From positions 9,454-73,453 of IMG/VR virus record IMGVR_UViG_3300032893_000030: DNA of 64,000 nt; one strand, given 5' to 3'. Positions 39,198 through 49,745 of this stretch are shown in pieces. The notes beneath the pieces were generated by a model. The model saw only the letters and a program-made list of their open reading frames with translations. It did no database searches and was not told the DNA's origin. The DNA comes from a virus. Each line of letters begins with the position of its first letter. The stretch's first letter is position 1. The position numbers were made by a program, and so were the translations under genes.

Positions 39198-40298
39198 CTA
39201 CACCCAGAAACTCAGCATGTTCTCCATTGCTTTCCGGTCCTCTTTTCCTTCAGCGGAAGAAAGATATCCAGCCAGGGCTTCAATCGGAGTTTGTTCAAGC
39301 GGTACAACAAACATCGGCTTGTCATCATCACTTGCAAAGAAATATTCATTTGTCTCTGGGCGATAGTCGATAATGCCCAAATCCATGGCACTGATCACGT
39401 TCATGGTAATTGAATGCGTTGGATTGGGTGCTTTGAACAGTACTTCTTCCGGATTATTCCGTGCGCGTAACCGCAATGCCAGACGAATTTCATTGGGTGG
39501 CATCGCAGTGGAAATTACCGGATTGGTCATGGCGGAGGCCAAATTGATGAGTTCGTCCGCCCGCAGACCAATGACGTATCGTTCAGCTTCCTGCTGCAGG
39601 TCCATCTTCATCATCTGTTGATGCGGGGACTTGTATTCGATGTCAATGCGCTTGAACACCGGAGGACGTTCTTTTGGCCTCCATTTGTTGGATGCGTTTT
39701 GCGGATGCAATTCCCACCATACGTAATGTGGATAATTGTTCTCGATTTCAACAACCACCTGACCATTGATAAAACCCGGTTCCCCGAGTTGTTCATCGAT
39801 AGTCTGATCTGGCTGTTTTGTGACTGGATTCTCAAAACTGCGGACAGAGGCGCGGGTGACATATTTCATTACCTTGTTGCGCCGTGCCAGATCGGGTTCA
39901 AACCGATCAAAAATCGTGTAGGTAGGAGTCAATCCGAATGGCGGAGGATCAATGAACTTGTTTGCCTCCACAATGCGCGGATCAATTGCCCGCCCCGCAT
40001 AGATCTCCCGTCCACTGTATTTATCAGCATTGTTGAGATTCAGCAATTCATAGATGGCTGTTTTTTTCTTGGTGATCGGCGGAAGCATCATTTCGCTCAA
40101 GGGAATTGATGCCGGCAACTTGAATTTGCCGAATCGCCCGCGATTCATCAGTACTCTGGGCCGTTCATCACCAGGTTTTTTGGGAATTACATCGACTATG
40201 CCCTTGCGGGTGGGTTTTTTGGCGGTTCCGGAAAGAAATTCTTGGGTTTCTTCATCAAGTCCTTCTGTGGACTCTGAAGACTGTTGGTCTTGTGCCAT
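39198..40298 (-). CDS. hypothetical head/tail-proximal structural protein
   Basis: 366 aa. First gene after the major capsid gene. Acidic N-terminus. Confidence 0.5.
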   Translation of the reverse strand: MAQDQQSSESTEGLDEETQEFLSGTAKKPTRKGIVDVIPKKPGDERPRVLMNRGRFGKFKLPASIPLSEMMLPPITKKKTAIYELLNLNNADKYSGREIYAGRAIDPRIVEANKFIDPPPFGLTPTYTIFDRFEPDLARRNKVMKYVTRASVRSFENPVTKQPDQTIDEQLGEPGFINGQVVVEIENNYPHYVWWELHPQNASNKWRPKERPPVFKRIDIEYKSPHQQMMKMDLQQEAERYVIGLRADELINLASAMTNPVISTAMPPNEIRLALRLRARNNPEEVLFKAPNPTHSITMNVISAMDLGIIDYRPETNEYFFASDDDKPMFVVPLEQTPIEALAGYLSSAEGKEDRKAMENMLSFWV

Positions 40299-40310
40299 TG
40301 GTTTTTCGGT

Positions 40311-40348
40311 TAAATTTTAAAGAAACGGGGGTTTTTAGCCCCCGTTTC
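40311..40348 (-). terminator. strong rho-independent terminator after major capsid gene
   Basis: AAACGGGGG-tttttag-CCCCCGTTT (9 bp stem), with T/A-rich tracts on both sides. Lies 8 nt downstream of the MCP stop. Confidence 0.7.
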
Positions 40349-40355
40349 AGGTTTT

Positions 40356-41813
40356 TTAGAACAGATCGTACACTCCGAGAATGTGCTTTTGCGATCCCAC
40401 CACGCGAACGCCCTTTTCAGAGCCTAAGCTGATAGTTCTCAAACGCTGTGTGTTGGTAGGCACCGGAGCATTACCACCTGTTTGCCAGATTTTGTAATGT
40501 CCGCGCGAACCTCCACCGACTTGGCGCTTGTACATGATCGTGAAAGCGTCCATCGGAATTCCCGTCTTTGCATCCTGCGTTTTGTCCATCGGTGCGATGA
40601 TGAAGTAGTAAGGATACGGACGGCCGGGGATATTGGTCAACTGAGGATTGTTGAGAATCCGCAGTTCTTTCATGTTGAATGTGGCCCCGGGAATGGTGAT
40701 GGAGTCGATGCCCAGATCAACGGCCTTGTGATCATACACAATACTACCATTGTTTCCAAGGGCAGTGATTGTGTCGGACGCAAGATATCCGAATTCCTGG
40801 CCATACCACATCATGCAATCCCGCTTCTGGTTCAACCTGTTGCGCAGGCGGGCCAGTTGCTTGTACAGCGTGAAGGTGATGTTGTCACCATATTGCTGAT
40901 GTGGAGCATTGGCATCCAGCACGGGGATATATCCGTTCGAAGTGGTCAGCGTTTTGTTGCTGGCACTGATCGGATCATACACTACGGCAGCGGCATCCGC
41001 AGCCGGTACTACGAACAATCCCATGGCTTCCATGGTGAGGAACACGTCCTCAGTGTCGCGCAGACCGATTTCATGCCAGAATTTGATGGTCTGACCGGTC
41101 TGCGGATCATAGATTTCGTAGGTCTTGTTCATTTCCTGCTTATCGGTCACGTTGTACACGTTTCCGAAGGTGGACAGATAGCTGCGGTAGGTCGTGAAGA
41201 CCGGTACAGAACCATCCTGCATACCCCAGGTTGCTTCTTCGAAGTTCGCTGTGGGTAGCGTGATTTGGTCGCCTCCATAGGTAGATCCAACCAAGCTGAT
41301 GGTGGCTGAAAGTGCCGGATATGAAGCCGAAAGCGGTGTGATGTACAGTCGGTGCGCATTTGCGACCGATTCGCGCTTGCCCTGAATTCGCCAGAAATAC
41401 TTTCCGGTGAATTCGATGATCATCCCCACACGCGGATAAGACTTCGTGTTGGTCAGATCACCAGCCGTGGGACTGTGGGACAGCGGAGAAAGCTGCACAT
41501 ACTGATAGCCGGAGAAGGCCGCAGGATCACCATTGCCAACCGATGCCGTTCCGTACACGTTGGTGATAACCGTGTCAGAATTCAGATAAGGCGCATCGAT
41601 GATTTTTCTTTTCTCGCGGTGAATGATTTCTTCACCGAAGACTTCTTCCATCATCCCCATCTTCATGAAATCTCCGACATCGGATTCCAGCGGGTTGACG
41701 TTGAAGAGTTCTTTTACGATCTGAGGTTCCAAAAGGAACTCGATATTGGAGATTAACGGATAGGCCTCGGTGGCCGCTACCGAAAAATCTCTGTACGTGT
41801 TAGTCGTTGCCAT
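40356..41813 (-). CDS. major capsid protein
   Basis: 485 aa. Sits directly downstream of the scaffold gene and upstream of a strong terminator. Composition and size fit HK97-fold phage capsid proteins. Order is TerL-portal-scaffold-MCP. Confidence 0.8.
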   Translation of the reverse strand: MATTNTYRDFSVAATEAYPLISNIEFLLEPQIVKELFNVNPLESDVGDFMKMGMMEEVFGEEIIHREKRKIIDAPYLNSDTVITNVYGTASVGNGDPAAFSGYQYVQLSPLSHSPTAGDLTNTKSYPRVGMIIEFTGKYFWRIQGKRESVANAHRLYITPLSASYPALSATISLVGSTYGGDQITLPTANFEEATWGMQDGSVPVFTTYRSYLSTFGNVYNVTDKQEMNKTYEIYDPQTGQTIKFWHEIGLRDTEDVFLTMEAMGLFVVPAADAAAVVYDPISASNKTLTTSNGYIPVLDANAPHQQYGDNITFTLYKQLARLRNRLNQKRDCMMWYGQEFGYLASDTITALGNNGSIVYDHKAVDLGIDSITIPGATFNMKELRILNNPQLTNIPGRPYPYYFIIAPMDKTQDAKTGIPMDAFTIMYKRQVGGGSRGHYKIWQTGGNAPVPTNTQRLRTISLGSEKGVRVVGSQKHILGVYDLF

Positions 41814-41869
41814 TTTCGGGAATTATTAGTTTCCCTGGTCCGGCGTGGATTCAAAGCTGGGGTTCCCTC

Positions 41870-43135
41870 TTAAACCTGCTTGATCCCTTTTCGCGCTCTT
41901 TCAGCCGCTGCCTCTTTTGCAAGTAATTTGAACTGATCTTCTACTGGCATATTCTTTCGATCTATTCCGCCATCTACTCCGCTTTCGGTTTTGTCAGGTT
42001 TGGCTTTGGCAATCTCCTCGGCCTTTGTGACCTGCGAAAGAATCTTTATCTGCTTGAGTTTTTCCTGATCCATCCAATCGCCATACAGCAAATTAGTCAT
42101 GGTCATTGCCAACTCAGCGGGATCAAAGTTAGGTATTTTTCCGGATTTGTCGTACACACGCGGATCTCCAAGATAAAGGTTCATGGTTTCGCGGATTGTT
42201 TTGATCTTGTCCGGAGAGAGTTTGATGGTGAATAAATCCTTGCCATCATCGTCTTTGAATATCCAGGAATCAAAGGATTCTCCATCCTTTTCTCCTTTGA
42301 AAAACCGATCAATCTGCGTGGAGTATCCCTTAAGCGTTTCTTCTGGAATGAGTGGCTGTTTGGGGTCTTCTTTCTTGGCCTCTGCCGGTGCTTTGAATTT
42401 TTCTTGAAGTGAACTGAGTTCACGTTTGGCATTGGCTACATCGCGCTTGAGTTTGATTTCGCGCAAATCTTTTTCTTCCTGATACTGTTGATCATCATCG
42501 TAATCTTCTTTTTTGACCTCATATTTCTCGCGGTATTCGCGCTGAAATAATTTTTCTGCTTCCCGGCGACTGAGGTCTTTTTCCTTCAGAATGAAGGCTT
42601 CTTCGAGCGCCGATCGATCGTCCAGGTTCCCGACCGTCAAATCCATCAAAGCCGCGTATGCCTTCAGGCCTTCGCCATGGCGCGATAACGGATATTGTTT
42701 GATGAATTCGTAGGCTTTTTTGTCGGTTTCCGACTCAAATTCAGGTTCTTTGGTGGCTTTTTCGGCCCTGACTTTCTCGAGTTCTTTGCCCAGCAAATCC
42801 TGATTTTCAAGCACTTCAAGCAAGTCTTCTTTGGATTCAATGCCGTATTTCTCGGCTAATGAACTCTTGAGAAACTCGTTAAGTTGTTCATCTGTGAACT
42901 TTACTTTAGGTTCCTCCCCTTCTTTCTTGGTTTCAGATTCGGCTTTGGCCTTGGCTTCAGCGGCCGCTGCGGCTGCATCATCATCGGCTTTTTGTGCGGC
43001 TTTGGCTTCAGGAGAGTTTCCGTCAGGTTTGGGATCTGTTTTTGGTTCCTCCTTGGCAACGGGTTCAAGGGTTGCTTTATCCACCATTCCCTTTCCGATC
43101 ACATAAACTTGTTCTTTTTCTGCGGTTTCAGCCAT
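41870..43135 (-). CDS. scaffolding protein
   Basis: 421 aa. Extremely charged (Glu/Lys/Asp), Ala-rich, predicted all alpha-helical. Lies between portal and capsid. Confidence 0.65.
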   Translation of the reverse strand: MAETAEKEQVYVIGKGMVDKATLEPVAKEEPKTDPKPDGNSPEAKAAQKADDDAAAAAAEAKAKAESETKKEGEEPKVKFTDEQLNEFLKSSLAEKYGIESKEDLLEVLENQDLLGKELEKVRAEKATKEPEFESETDKKAYEFIKQYPLSRHGEGLKAYAALMDLTVGNLDDRSALEEAFILKEKDLSRREAEKLFQREYREKYEVKKEDYDDDQQYQEEKDLREIKLKRDVANAKRELSSLQEKFKAPAEAKKEDPKQPLIPEETLKGYSTQIDRFFKGEKDGESFDSWIFKDDDGKDLFTIKLSPDKIKTIRETMNLYLGDPRVYDKSGKIPNFDPAELAMTMTNLLYGDWMDQEKLKQIKILSQVTKAEEIAKAKPDKTESGVDGGIDRKNMPVEDQFKLLAKEAAAERARKGIKQV

Positions 43136-43244
43136 GACTTTTTGGTTTTCGGTTGTGTGAAATTAGGAAATAATCTACATTTATCGTTCATACGTTTGCA
43201 GGGTGATGGGATGTACGAAAGGGGGTGAAGGGGTTTGCCCCCTT

Positions 43245-45632
43245 TTACTTTTCAGATTTTTCAAGTTGTTTCCTGTCCTGCGCTGCCGCTTTGACAAGAG
43301 ATGATTCATGTTGTTTATCTGCCTTATAATTTTCGCTTCGTGCCCGCATTGCCTCTTTCAGAATCATATCGATGCCAGCCTGCTTCTTGATTTGCATTTC
43401 CACCATGTCAGAAACCTTGTTCACTTCGCCCTCGAGCATGGCTTTCTTGGTCATCAATGCATCATCAATCTTGGCCTGAATGGCCATTAATTCCTTGGCA
43501 TCCGCCTGTTTCTGCTGCAGAAGTGCCATTTCCATCTGAAGTTTACGCTGGTCGGACTTTTCACCAGCCTGCATCTGGAATTGTTGATCCTGCGCGCGCA
43601 TCTTCAGCGCCTTGGCTTCATTGATTTTCTCGCGGTTGGCCATGATCTGGCGGGCCATCTTCATGTTTCGGATGTCACGAATAAATGCGCTATCGCTGGC
43701 ATTGAGTTTGCCTTCCTTAACGTTTGAAGCCAGTTCATTGTAGAAATCAATCCACTCTTCTTCCGTTGGTTCACGTTCCATGACAAGGCCATATTCGCAG
43801 TAGGCAATGTCATCCGGAACTTCAAAGAATTCGGTCGTTGATGTACCAAGGGCAGGAATCATTCCTTTGATGGCTACTTTATCGCGCATTGATTCCTGGG
43901 CCAACAAAAGCATGATATGACTAGCCTGTTGATAACTCTGAAGCCGTCCGTTGACCAAATATTCAATTGCATCAGATCCGGCATTGACATTGGCCTTCAT
44001 CGCCCCCACCGCCAGGCGATCCGGCAATGAGGCAGATTCAATCACGGTTGATCCGCTGAGTTCATCAAGGAATCGAATCGAAGTGGTGATTGTGTTGAAA
44101 TAATCAGCAAGCGTAAGTCCAGCGCCAATTTCACGGATTGCCTCACCGACTTGTTGGCCGTAGGCTGAGATATTCCTCCGACTGATGATGATGTTGCTCT
44201 GCATGAAAAAGTCAATAACATCATTGGCATTCCAAACCTTCCCTCCGCGGGTAAGAGCCACTTCATCCAGCGCAGTCAGGTTCAGGTCCAGAACGCCCAT
44301 GCGGCCTTTGGCCAGGATATCCTTGATCTTATTCCACGCGACATTGATCATGGTCAGTGGTTCAATCATCTGTGACACCAGACTCACCACGCGACCCTCT
44401 TTCATGTTGGGAGCAAAGGTGATAATTGGCAGGCGCTGATTGACCAGATTCAAACGCGGCATTTCTTTGCGGCCATAGTTGAATACAACTTCACTGTCAA
44501 TCACCCAACTGCCGCCATACAGAGAAGTGTACTGATTGCGAATTACCGAGCTGTTCTTCAGAGGGTTTTTTGCCGGATTGTATTCATAATGCCGTTCTTC
44601 GATCTGTGGATTGCCGTAGCTATTCTTCCATACCTTGAATGCGCGCGAATCATTGGACAAGAAATAGAAACGCATCACCGGTATATAGTCCAAACCATCG
44701 AAATTCTTATAAAATTCAGGTAAGGTTCCGTAGGTAACCCCCGCGTTGGGGAAGGCGTGGCTGGTGAGAACCTGATCAATTTTATCCTTTGACAGAGTGC
44801 CTTCTACTTCTTTTTTGAACTGATTGCGCGTGATAAAATCCACGAAGAAGGCATATTCCTGCCGGGAATAGTCTTCATTCTCCACGTAAGAACCACCCCA
44901 ATATTTGGGATTTATCCGGTGAATCCGTGGCACCTTGTTGCGATCATTGAAGCAGTGCATGTGCCGGCGACCAAGGACCACAGAATCCCAATCGGTTTCA
45001 CGTAACACCTGGTCGGTGTTGTTAATCGAATGCAATAAGCGCAAGGTCTTTTCGGCATCAATAACCTTCTTGATCTTCTGGTTGACGCTTAAGTCAAACA
45101 TCAATTCTTCAGGATATTCCGGCAGAAGCGACACATCGAGTTCCGGAAAAATCTGCTGGGGATCAACCTTAAGCGATTTGAACCAATCTTTAAGTTCGTA
45201 CAGAGTCCTGATTTGAGCATTGTAGGACTTGGCTTCATCCACGGAGATTGGGTCAACAGCAGAAAGCGCGATGTTGTAGCGATACCGTTGCAGTTTAGCC
45301 ACCGCGCGGTTTACGTACTTCGTACACAGATTGAGTACCTGGATATCGATATATGCCAGCGACTGTTGATCATCTCCCGTCTGACCCCGGTCAGTAAAGT
45401 ACCCATACATCCGGAAGATGTTATCAACAGATTGCCGCCCTTGCGCTACCTCGACAAGTGCATTGTAGGTGGAGTCTTCAGAATAAAGACGATATCCATA
45501 TCGATTGGTCGCATAATACATTGCTCTGGCCTCAGCCAAGCCAAACCAATCTTCCTCCTTTTCTTGTGGAGGGGTATATTCATCTGGAAATTGGAAACTA
45601 AGTCCTGTGCGACTTAACTCTGAAGATGCCAA
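43245..45632 (-). CDS. portal protein (large, ~795 aa, C-terminal coiled coil)
   Basis: Located between TerL and the scaffold gene. Size and charged coiled-coil C-terminus resemble large podovirus-type portals. Table start is TTG at 45632 with no upstream in-frame ATG. Confidence 0.8.
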   Translation of the reverse strand: MASSELSRTGLSFQFPDEYTPPQEKEEDWFGLAEARAMYYATNRYGYRLYSEDSTYNALVEVAQGRQSVDNIFRMYGYFTDRGQTGDDQQSLAYIDIQVLNLCTKYVNRAVAKLQRYRYNIALSAVDPISVDEAKSYNAQIRTLYELKDWFKSLKVDPQQIFPELDVSLLPEYPEELMFDLSVNQKIKKVIDAEKTLRLLHSINNTDQVLRETDWDSVVLGRRHMHCFNDRNKVPRIHRINPKYWGGSYVENEDYSRQEYAFFVDFITRNQFKKEVEGTLSKDKIDQVLTSHAFPNAGVTYGTLPEFYKNFDGLDYIPVMRFYFLSNDSRAFKVWKNSYGNPQIEERHYEYNPAKNPLKNSSVIRNQYTSLYGGSWVIDSEVVFNYGRKEMPRLNLVNQRLPIITFAPNMKEGRVVSLVSQMIEPLTMINVAWNKIKDILAKGRMGVLDLNLTALDEVALTRGGKVWNANDVIDFFMQSNIIISRRNISAYGQQVGEAIREIGAGLTLADYFNTITTSIRFLDELSGSTVIESASLPDRLAVGAMKANVNAGSDAIEYLVNGRLQSYQQASHIMLLLAQESMRDKVAIKGMIPALGTSTTEFFEVPDDIAYCEYGLVMEREPTEEEWIDFYNELASNVKEGKLNASDSAFIRDIRNMKMARQIMANREKINEAKALKMRAQDQQFQMQAGEKSDQRKLQMEMALLQQKQADAKELMAIQAKIDDALMTKKAMLEGEVNKVSDMVEMQIKKQAGIDMILKEAMRARSENYKADKQHESSLVKAAAQDRKQLEKSEK

Positions 45633-45665
45633 TGTTGAAGATTTGATACCAAAGATAGTTTGTTT

Positions 45666-47858
45666 TTACAAAACTCGCTGTCCTTGCACCGGAACCAATT
45701 TTCCATTGACCATCCGGAAAGTCCGGAAATAATGACTCACATCTTTGGCTTCCGGTGGTTTATACCCCTGGCGCATCCGGGGAATAAGTACCAAATTCCC
45801 ATACGCTACCGCATAATCATGGGGTTTTGTCTTCAGTGGATTAAAAATCAATAAATCTTCCACCACTTCGATAAAAGGAATGGTATGCCCGAAATAATCC
45901 ACTTCGGTGCTCAAGGCGGAGGTATATTCATTGATGATCAATGGCGAAGCTGGTGTGCCTTCCACATCATCGGATCGTTTCACTTTTTCCGGATCAGGGA
46001 CATACTTCTTCCAAATGAAGTCTATACAACCAGCATCTCTAAACCAGTTGATGATGCCTGGCTTCTGCGCCTCTACTTGCAACTTCACACTCAGTAACCA
46101 GCAAATCATCAAAGATCGCTCAAAGAGAATATTCGGATCTGTTGGTCTGGTGTCCATCATCCATATCAACTTGTTGGTCTTGTAAGGATACTTATCTCGC
46201 GCGCGTTGCTCCAGAATTTCCTGCGTAAGTTGTCCATCGATAGCCGGATCATATTTCCTGCGCACTAGCTGCACCGGCCGCGACCGGCGTGAACTCACAT
46301 ACTCATCCTTTTCCATGATGTTCTCGATGACTACACCATGGTCAATAGGGTCGATAGCGGATTCAAAAATTTCATCATTCTTCGGAAAGAATAACTGCCG
46401 ACCACCTTCCTGTCTGCGTCCCACATTATTCAGCCAAGCCTTTTCTTCTGCTGTCTTGGGTAACCAAATACAATCCAGCCATCCATTATCTGGATTATCA
46501 ATCATCACTACATTAGTGAAGCGCCGGTTGTTCTCCCATTTCAAATCTACGCGGCGGCGGATTGGAGGATTTATCAATAAATCCGATTTTTGATCTTGCA
46601 GAATTGTTGCATTGAACTCACAATTTTCACTTGAGATATAAAAGACTTCATTCCAGTTTAGCGGATATTTGCGTACAAGTTCTGAATAGTCTTTTGGCTT
46701 ATCTTTGACTTTGCTACGCTTGATCATTATTTCCTTAGTTGCTCTCTCTCGTATCGGGAATCCCCACTCGTCAATACAGCCTTCCATTGCACAATCTGCC
46801 GGCATCAGTGCAGCATATAGACCCGAAGTCGTTTCGCCATCTTCACCTTTGTCATCAAAGTCACTTTCATAAACCAACTTCTTGTATGCCTTACCTCCTG
46901 AAGTCGAAGAATTAAAAAACTCCACCGTAGTTCCGAGAAATGCTTTGCCAATAATATTGATGCCAAGTGTCAAACATGGTTTTACACGACTCCAACGTTC
47001 ATGCACACTATAATCCTCCGTTTTGCCAGGCTCCTCCATGCCATAACTATGTAATTTTCTTTGGTCATACTTTCCGGATTCACTCGAGCGATAATCCAAC
47101 ATTGACTCTAATACAAGTTTACTAGTAGATTGAATTCGTTTTTTATTTCGCCTGGGTGCATCTCGAAAAATGATCCCTCTTTTTTGCAGTGTACTAATGT
47201 CATACGTGGGTTTGAAAAAATACGAGAATTTATAGAATGGTTCAATGACATGTTCTTCGTAAAAACTTTTGATTTTATCATTTGTCTCTCCTTGCATTCC
47301 AGAAATATGCCGGAAATTTGTGCAGGTGCGATTCATTATCCAAAATCCCATCTTCGCTGATTTTCCCATACGACGACCGGAGTTCAGCGCACCCCCGTAA
47401 GATTTTGGATCTTCCTCCCAATATTGAATCCAATAAAAAATTTCACGATCGGCCTCCCAATAATCAGGTGGCCCAAAAAGAGGATTCCAATGACATAAAT
47501 ATTTGTAGTGATATCCTGTTAAGTAAGTTTTTCCTCCTTTCAGCCAAAACCAAATACCATTTTCACTTCGTGTCCATTCCTGATCTTCCCATTTGTTAAT
47601 TTCCTCTTGATGCGGATGAATATAATTTGGATTGATATTTCTTTCTTGTTCAAATTCATTCATCCAAGCCTGCAAATAATCTGGAGGAGTCGGACGCACG
47701 AATTTGTGGTCCTCAGAAAGCGTCAATACTTCTGAATCAGCAGGTTCTTCTGGAAGATAGACCTCCTTGATACCTGCACCCTTGATGCCGGTGATTAAAT
47801 ACTGAAAATGATACGGATTATTGGTCTTGGCAAACACCTTGGTTCGGTTGTGAACCAA
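45666..47858 (-). CDS. terminase large subunit
   Basis: 730 aa. Walker A-like GRRMGKSAKMG. Conserved acidic nuclease-domain residues toward the C-terminus. Lies immediately upstream of the portal gene. Confidence 0.75.
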   Translation of the reverse strand: MVHNRTKVFAKTNNPYHFQYLITGIKGAGIKEVYLPEEPADSEVLTLSEDHKFVRPTPPDYLQAWMNEFEQERNINPNYIHPHQEEINKWEDQEWTRSENGIWFWLKGGKTYLTGYHYKYLCHWNPLFGPPDYWEADREIFYWIQYWEEDPKSYGGALNSGRRMGKSAKMGFWIMNRTCTNFRHISGMQGETNDKIKSFYEEHVIEPFYKFSYFFKPTYDISTLQKRGIIFRDAPRRNKKRIQSTSKLVLESMLDYRSSESGKYDQRKLHSYGMEEPGKTEDYSVHERWSRVKPCLTLGINIIGKAFLGTTVEFFNSSTSGGKAYKKLVYESDFDDKGEDGETTSGLYAALMPADCAMEGCIDEWGFPIRERATKEIMIKRSKVKDKPKDYSELVRKYPLNWNEVFYISSENCEFNATILQDQKSDLLINPPIRRRVDLKWENNRRFTNVVMIDNPDNGWLDCIWLPKTAEEKAWLNNVGRRQEGGRQLFFPKNDEIFESAIDPIDHGVVIENIMEKDEYVSSRRSRPVQLVRRKYDPAIDGQLTQEILEQRARDKYPYKTNKLIWMMDTRPTDPNILFERSLMICWLLSVKLQVEAQKPGIINWFRDAGCIDFIWKKYVPDPEKVKRSDDVEGTPASPLIINEYTSALSTEVDYFGHTIPFIEVVEDLLIFNPLKTKPHDYAVAYGNLVLIPRMRQGYKPPEAKDVSHYFRTFRMVNGKLVPVQGQRVL

Positions 47859-47868
47859 AGTTACAATT

Positions 47869-48213
47869 TTACCAATTCAATAGCGCATCCGAGTCTTCCA
47901 CTTCATCGCCTTCCTGGACGGGGGCGGTAGGCATTCGATGCAGGTTTAAATGGCGGAATAAGTTCGCAGCGAACTCTTGATCGTCAAATGGATTTAGTCC
48001 TTTATAGACTACGTGATACAATTTGTTATCACTATCGATGCGGTTAAGCCGGCGCATGATGATGCAGCGATTGAATGCTTTGTCAAAGCCAATGAAGACG
48101 GATCCTTTACGATACTTGCGCTTGCTGGATGCGATTAGCACATAACCGCGTTCGGAAAGAAAATCATGTGGATTGCCAATGGGTTCCAAAGTAAATTCGT
48201 TGAGTTCACTCAT
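47869..48213 (-). CDS. hypothetical protein (position compatible with terminase small subunit)
   Basis: 114 aa, directly upstream of TerL. No motif recognised. Confidence 0.35.
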   Translation of the reverse strand: MSELNEFTLEPIGNPHDFLSERGYVLIASSKRKYRKGSVFIGFDKAFNRCIIMRRLNRIDSDNKLYHVVYKGLNPFDDQEFAANLFRHLNLHRMPTAPVQEGDEVEDSDALLNW

Positions 48214-48644
48214 TTCTTTATTCGTTGTTCTGGACTGTAAGTAACTTTTGTATGCTCTTTGGCCGCATCAATGATGTCAGCGGATTCAAATATTTCACGA
48301 TAGAGTTTTGCGATACCTTCCATTAATCGTTCACTGAGTTGATCAAGTTCTTTTTTTAGTTTGACAATCTTGATCTGTTCATCGGTGTCCGTGGCATCGA
48401 CAATCTGATTCCTCAGTTTTGAAAGTGTTTCCCAATACATCTCCTGGCGGCTGACCAACAGAGAATACTTCAGATCATTTTGTGTAATCAGGTAGCGCAT
48501 GATCTCTTGTTCAAGGCCTTTTGCTTCTTTAAGTCCCGATCTTGCCAGTGCTGCTTTTTTACGTTCTTCAATCTTGTCGATGAACTTAAGTTCAGACTGC
48601 CGTCCATAAACTAATGCAATGTAATGTTGTTCTTCGGGAGTCAT
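48210..48644 (-). CDS. hypothetical coiled-coil protein
   Basis: 144 aa. ATGA overlap with the downstream gene. Confidence 0.4.
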   Translation of the reverse strand: MTPEEQHYIALVYGRQSELKFIDKIEERKKAALARSGLKEAKGLEQEIMRYLITQNDLKYSLLVSRQEMYWETLSKLRNQIVDATDTDEQIKIVKLKKELDQLSERLMEGIAKLYREIFESADIIDAAKEHTKVTYSPEQRIKK

Positions 48645-48783
48645 TTCGGTGGTTCAAGTTTGGTCTTCTTTCCTCTTGGAAAAGCATTTTGATGGATTTC
48701 ACAGAGTTTAAAATGGACTCCCATATCTATTACGAGATAGACTGGCTTCTCCTTGCATCCAGCCTTAGCGCATTTTTCCCTTT

Positions 48784-49059
48784 TCATTTGCGTGTTATGT
48801 GAAATTTTGATTCAACTCCTTCTGCTCCTTCAAGGTTGTAAATGATTAACATTTCCCTCCACAAATCAGCCTGCACTTCTTCAGGTACATTCCAAAAATC
48901 CTCTGTCGGCATCCCGCAACGATTGCAACACATAATAGAGGTTTCGCCATGCTGTTCTTCGGGCAAACAGTGGCACATTCCGCGAGGTGATTTAGGGGTT
49001 TCGATCATGGTTTTTCTTTCCTTTATAAGTTTCGTAGGCTTGCAACACATCATTTCCAA
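48784..49059 (-). CDS. small Cys-rich zinc-ribbon-like protein
   Basis: CxxC-like pairs (MCHC ... CCNRCG). Probable real start at the internal Met (MIETPK...). Confidence 0.35.
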   Translation of the reverse strand: MEMMCCKPTKLIKERKTMIETPKSPRGMCHCLPEEQHGETSIMCCNRCGMPTEDFWNVPEEVQADLWREMLIIYNLEGAEGVESKFHITRK

Positions 49060-49474
49060 TTTCCCAACTGATAACTCCCATCTGTCTGTTTGATGCTATT
49101 TTCAAGACATAATAAAATCTCTCCAACAGTTCTTCCTGCTCCTTTGCCTTTGTGGTTAAGGCGGTGAGTTTATATTCAAGGTCTTTCCTCTTGTTGAGTT
49201 CATCCATGTCCCGTTCCTGCCAACGCTCAGTCTCTCTATCAAATTTAGAGCCTAAGGCGTGGTATTCCTTCTCGCTTGTCATCAGTTGCAGCCGTAGGTT
49301 TTGATTCTCCTTCTTTAAGGATTCAAGGTCGGCGGTCAAAGAATCAATCTTTCGTGATTGAAGCGAATGATCCTCGGAGATTGTATTTGCCGCTATTATA
49401 GTCTCTGCTTTCAATCTTTTGAGTTCATCCCGTTCATTAATCAGTTGTTGGATGGTTTGTTCCTCTGTCATGGC
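48992..49474 (-). CDS. coiled-coil protein, paralogue of 61281..61709
   Basis: Shares DLESLKKENQNLRLQL and a ...QMG(V/K)(I/V)(S/N)W(E/N)... C-terminal block with the + strand gene at 61.3 kb. Start chosen at MTEEQ (49474) because the 20 nt upstream of that ATG are identical to the upstream region of the 61111 ORF. Table ORF extends to 49525. Confidence 0.5.
   Translation of the reverse strand, partial: AMTEEQTIQQLINERDELKRLKAETIIAANTISEDHSLQSRKIDSLTADLESLKKENQNLRLQLMTSEKEYHALGSKFDRETERWQERDMDELNKRKDLEYKLTALTTKAKEQEELLERFYYVLKIASNRQMGVISWEIGNDVLQAYETYKGKKNHDRNP
49284..49331. repeat. inverted DNA repeat copy A (partner 61334-61361 and 61414-61444)
   Basis: The reverse complement contains CGACCTTGAATCCTTAAAGAAGGAGAAT immediately followed by CAAAACCTACGGCTGCAACT. 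The same two blocks occur in direct orientation at 61.3-61.45 kb separated by a 52 nt insert. Confidence 0.7.
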
Positions 49475-49487
49475 GTGGGTAGGGTTA
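49464..49487. repeat. inverted repeat of gene-start region AACCCTACCCACGCCATGACAGAG (partner 61096-61119)
   Basis: 24/24 nt identity in reverse complement. Includes the ATG of both paralogous loci. Confidence 0.7.
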
Positions 49488-49745
49488 AAATTGAATTTTA
49501 GGTTGGCGATAAAGCATTTCGTCAATAGAAACTTCGAGCACTCGACAAATAGCCATTACTTCCTCAAGGGTAGGCTTGCCTCTTCCTTCTTCAATATCCG
49601 ACACTCTTTTCAACTGTCTTAATTCGGCTCTTTCAGAAAGTTCTCTTGAGGTTAGTCCCCGAAAGGCTCTTACTCTAATTATGTTTGTACGAAATAAAGT
49701 CAGGTCCGATTCTTTCATAAACAAATTTGAAATAGTTTGGAACAT
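49485..49745 (-). CDS. XRE-family helix-turn-helix transcriptional regulator (Cro/CI-like)
   Basis: 86 aa. RAFRGLTSRELSERAELRQLKRVSDIEEGRGKPTLEEVMAICRVLEVSIDEML is a canonical HTH_3 pattern. Confidence 0.7.
   Translation of the reverse strand: MFQTISNLFMKESDLTLFRTNIIRVRAFRGLTSRELSERAELRQLKRVSDIEEGRGKPTLEEVMAICRVLEVSIDEMLYRQPKIQF

Noticed and set aside
40482-41258. 258 aa + strand ORF inside the major capsid gene (and similar + strand ORFs 39618..40109, 36262..36540, 36637..36906, 17794..18153, 14158..14484, 42884..43228 inside - strand genes)
   Set aside because: They lie antisense to strongly supported structural genes. They are low complexity (Arg/Gly/Val-rich), have no start context and no homology. 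They are by-products of codon bias.
43200-43245. GGGGG...CCCCC hairpin between portal and scaffold genes as a terminator
   Set aside because: On the transcribed (-) strand it is not followed by a U-tract. It may be an attenuator or RNA-processing site, but the evidence is too thin to annotate.
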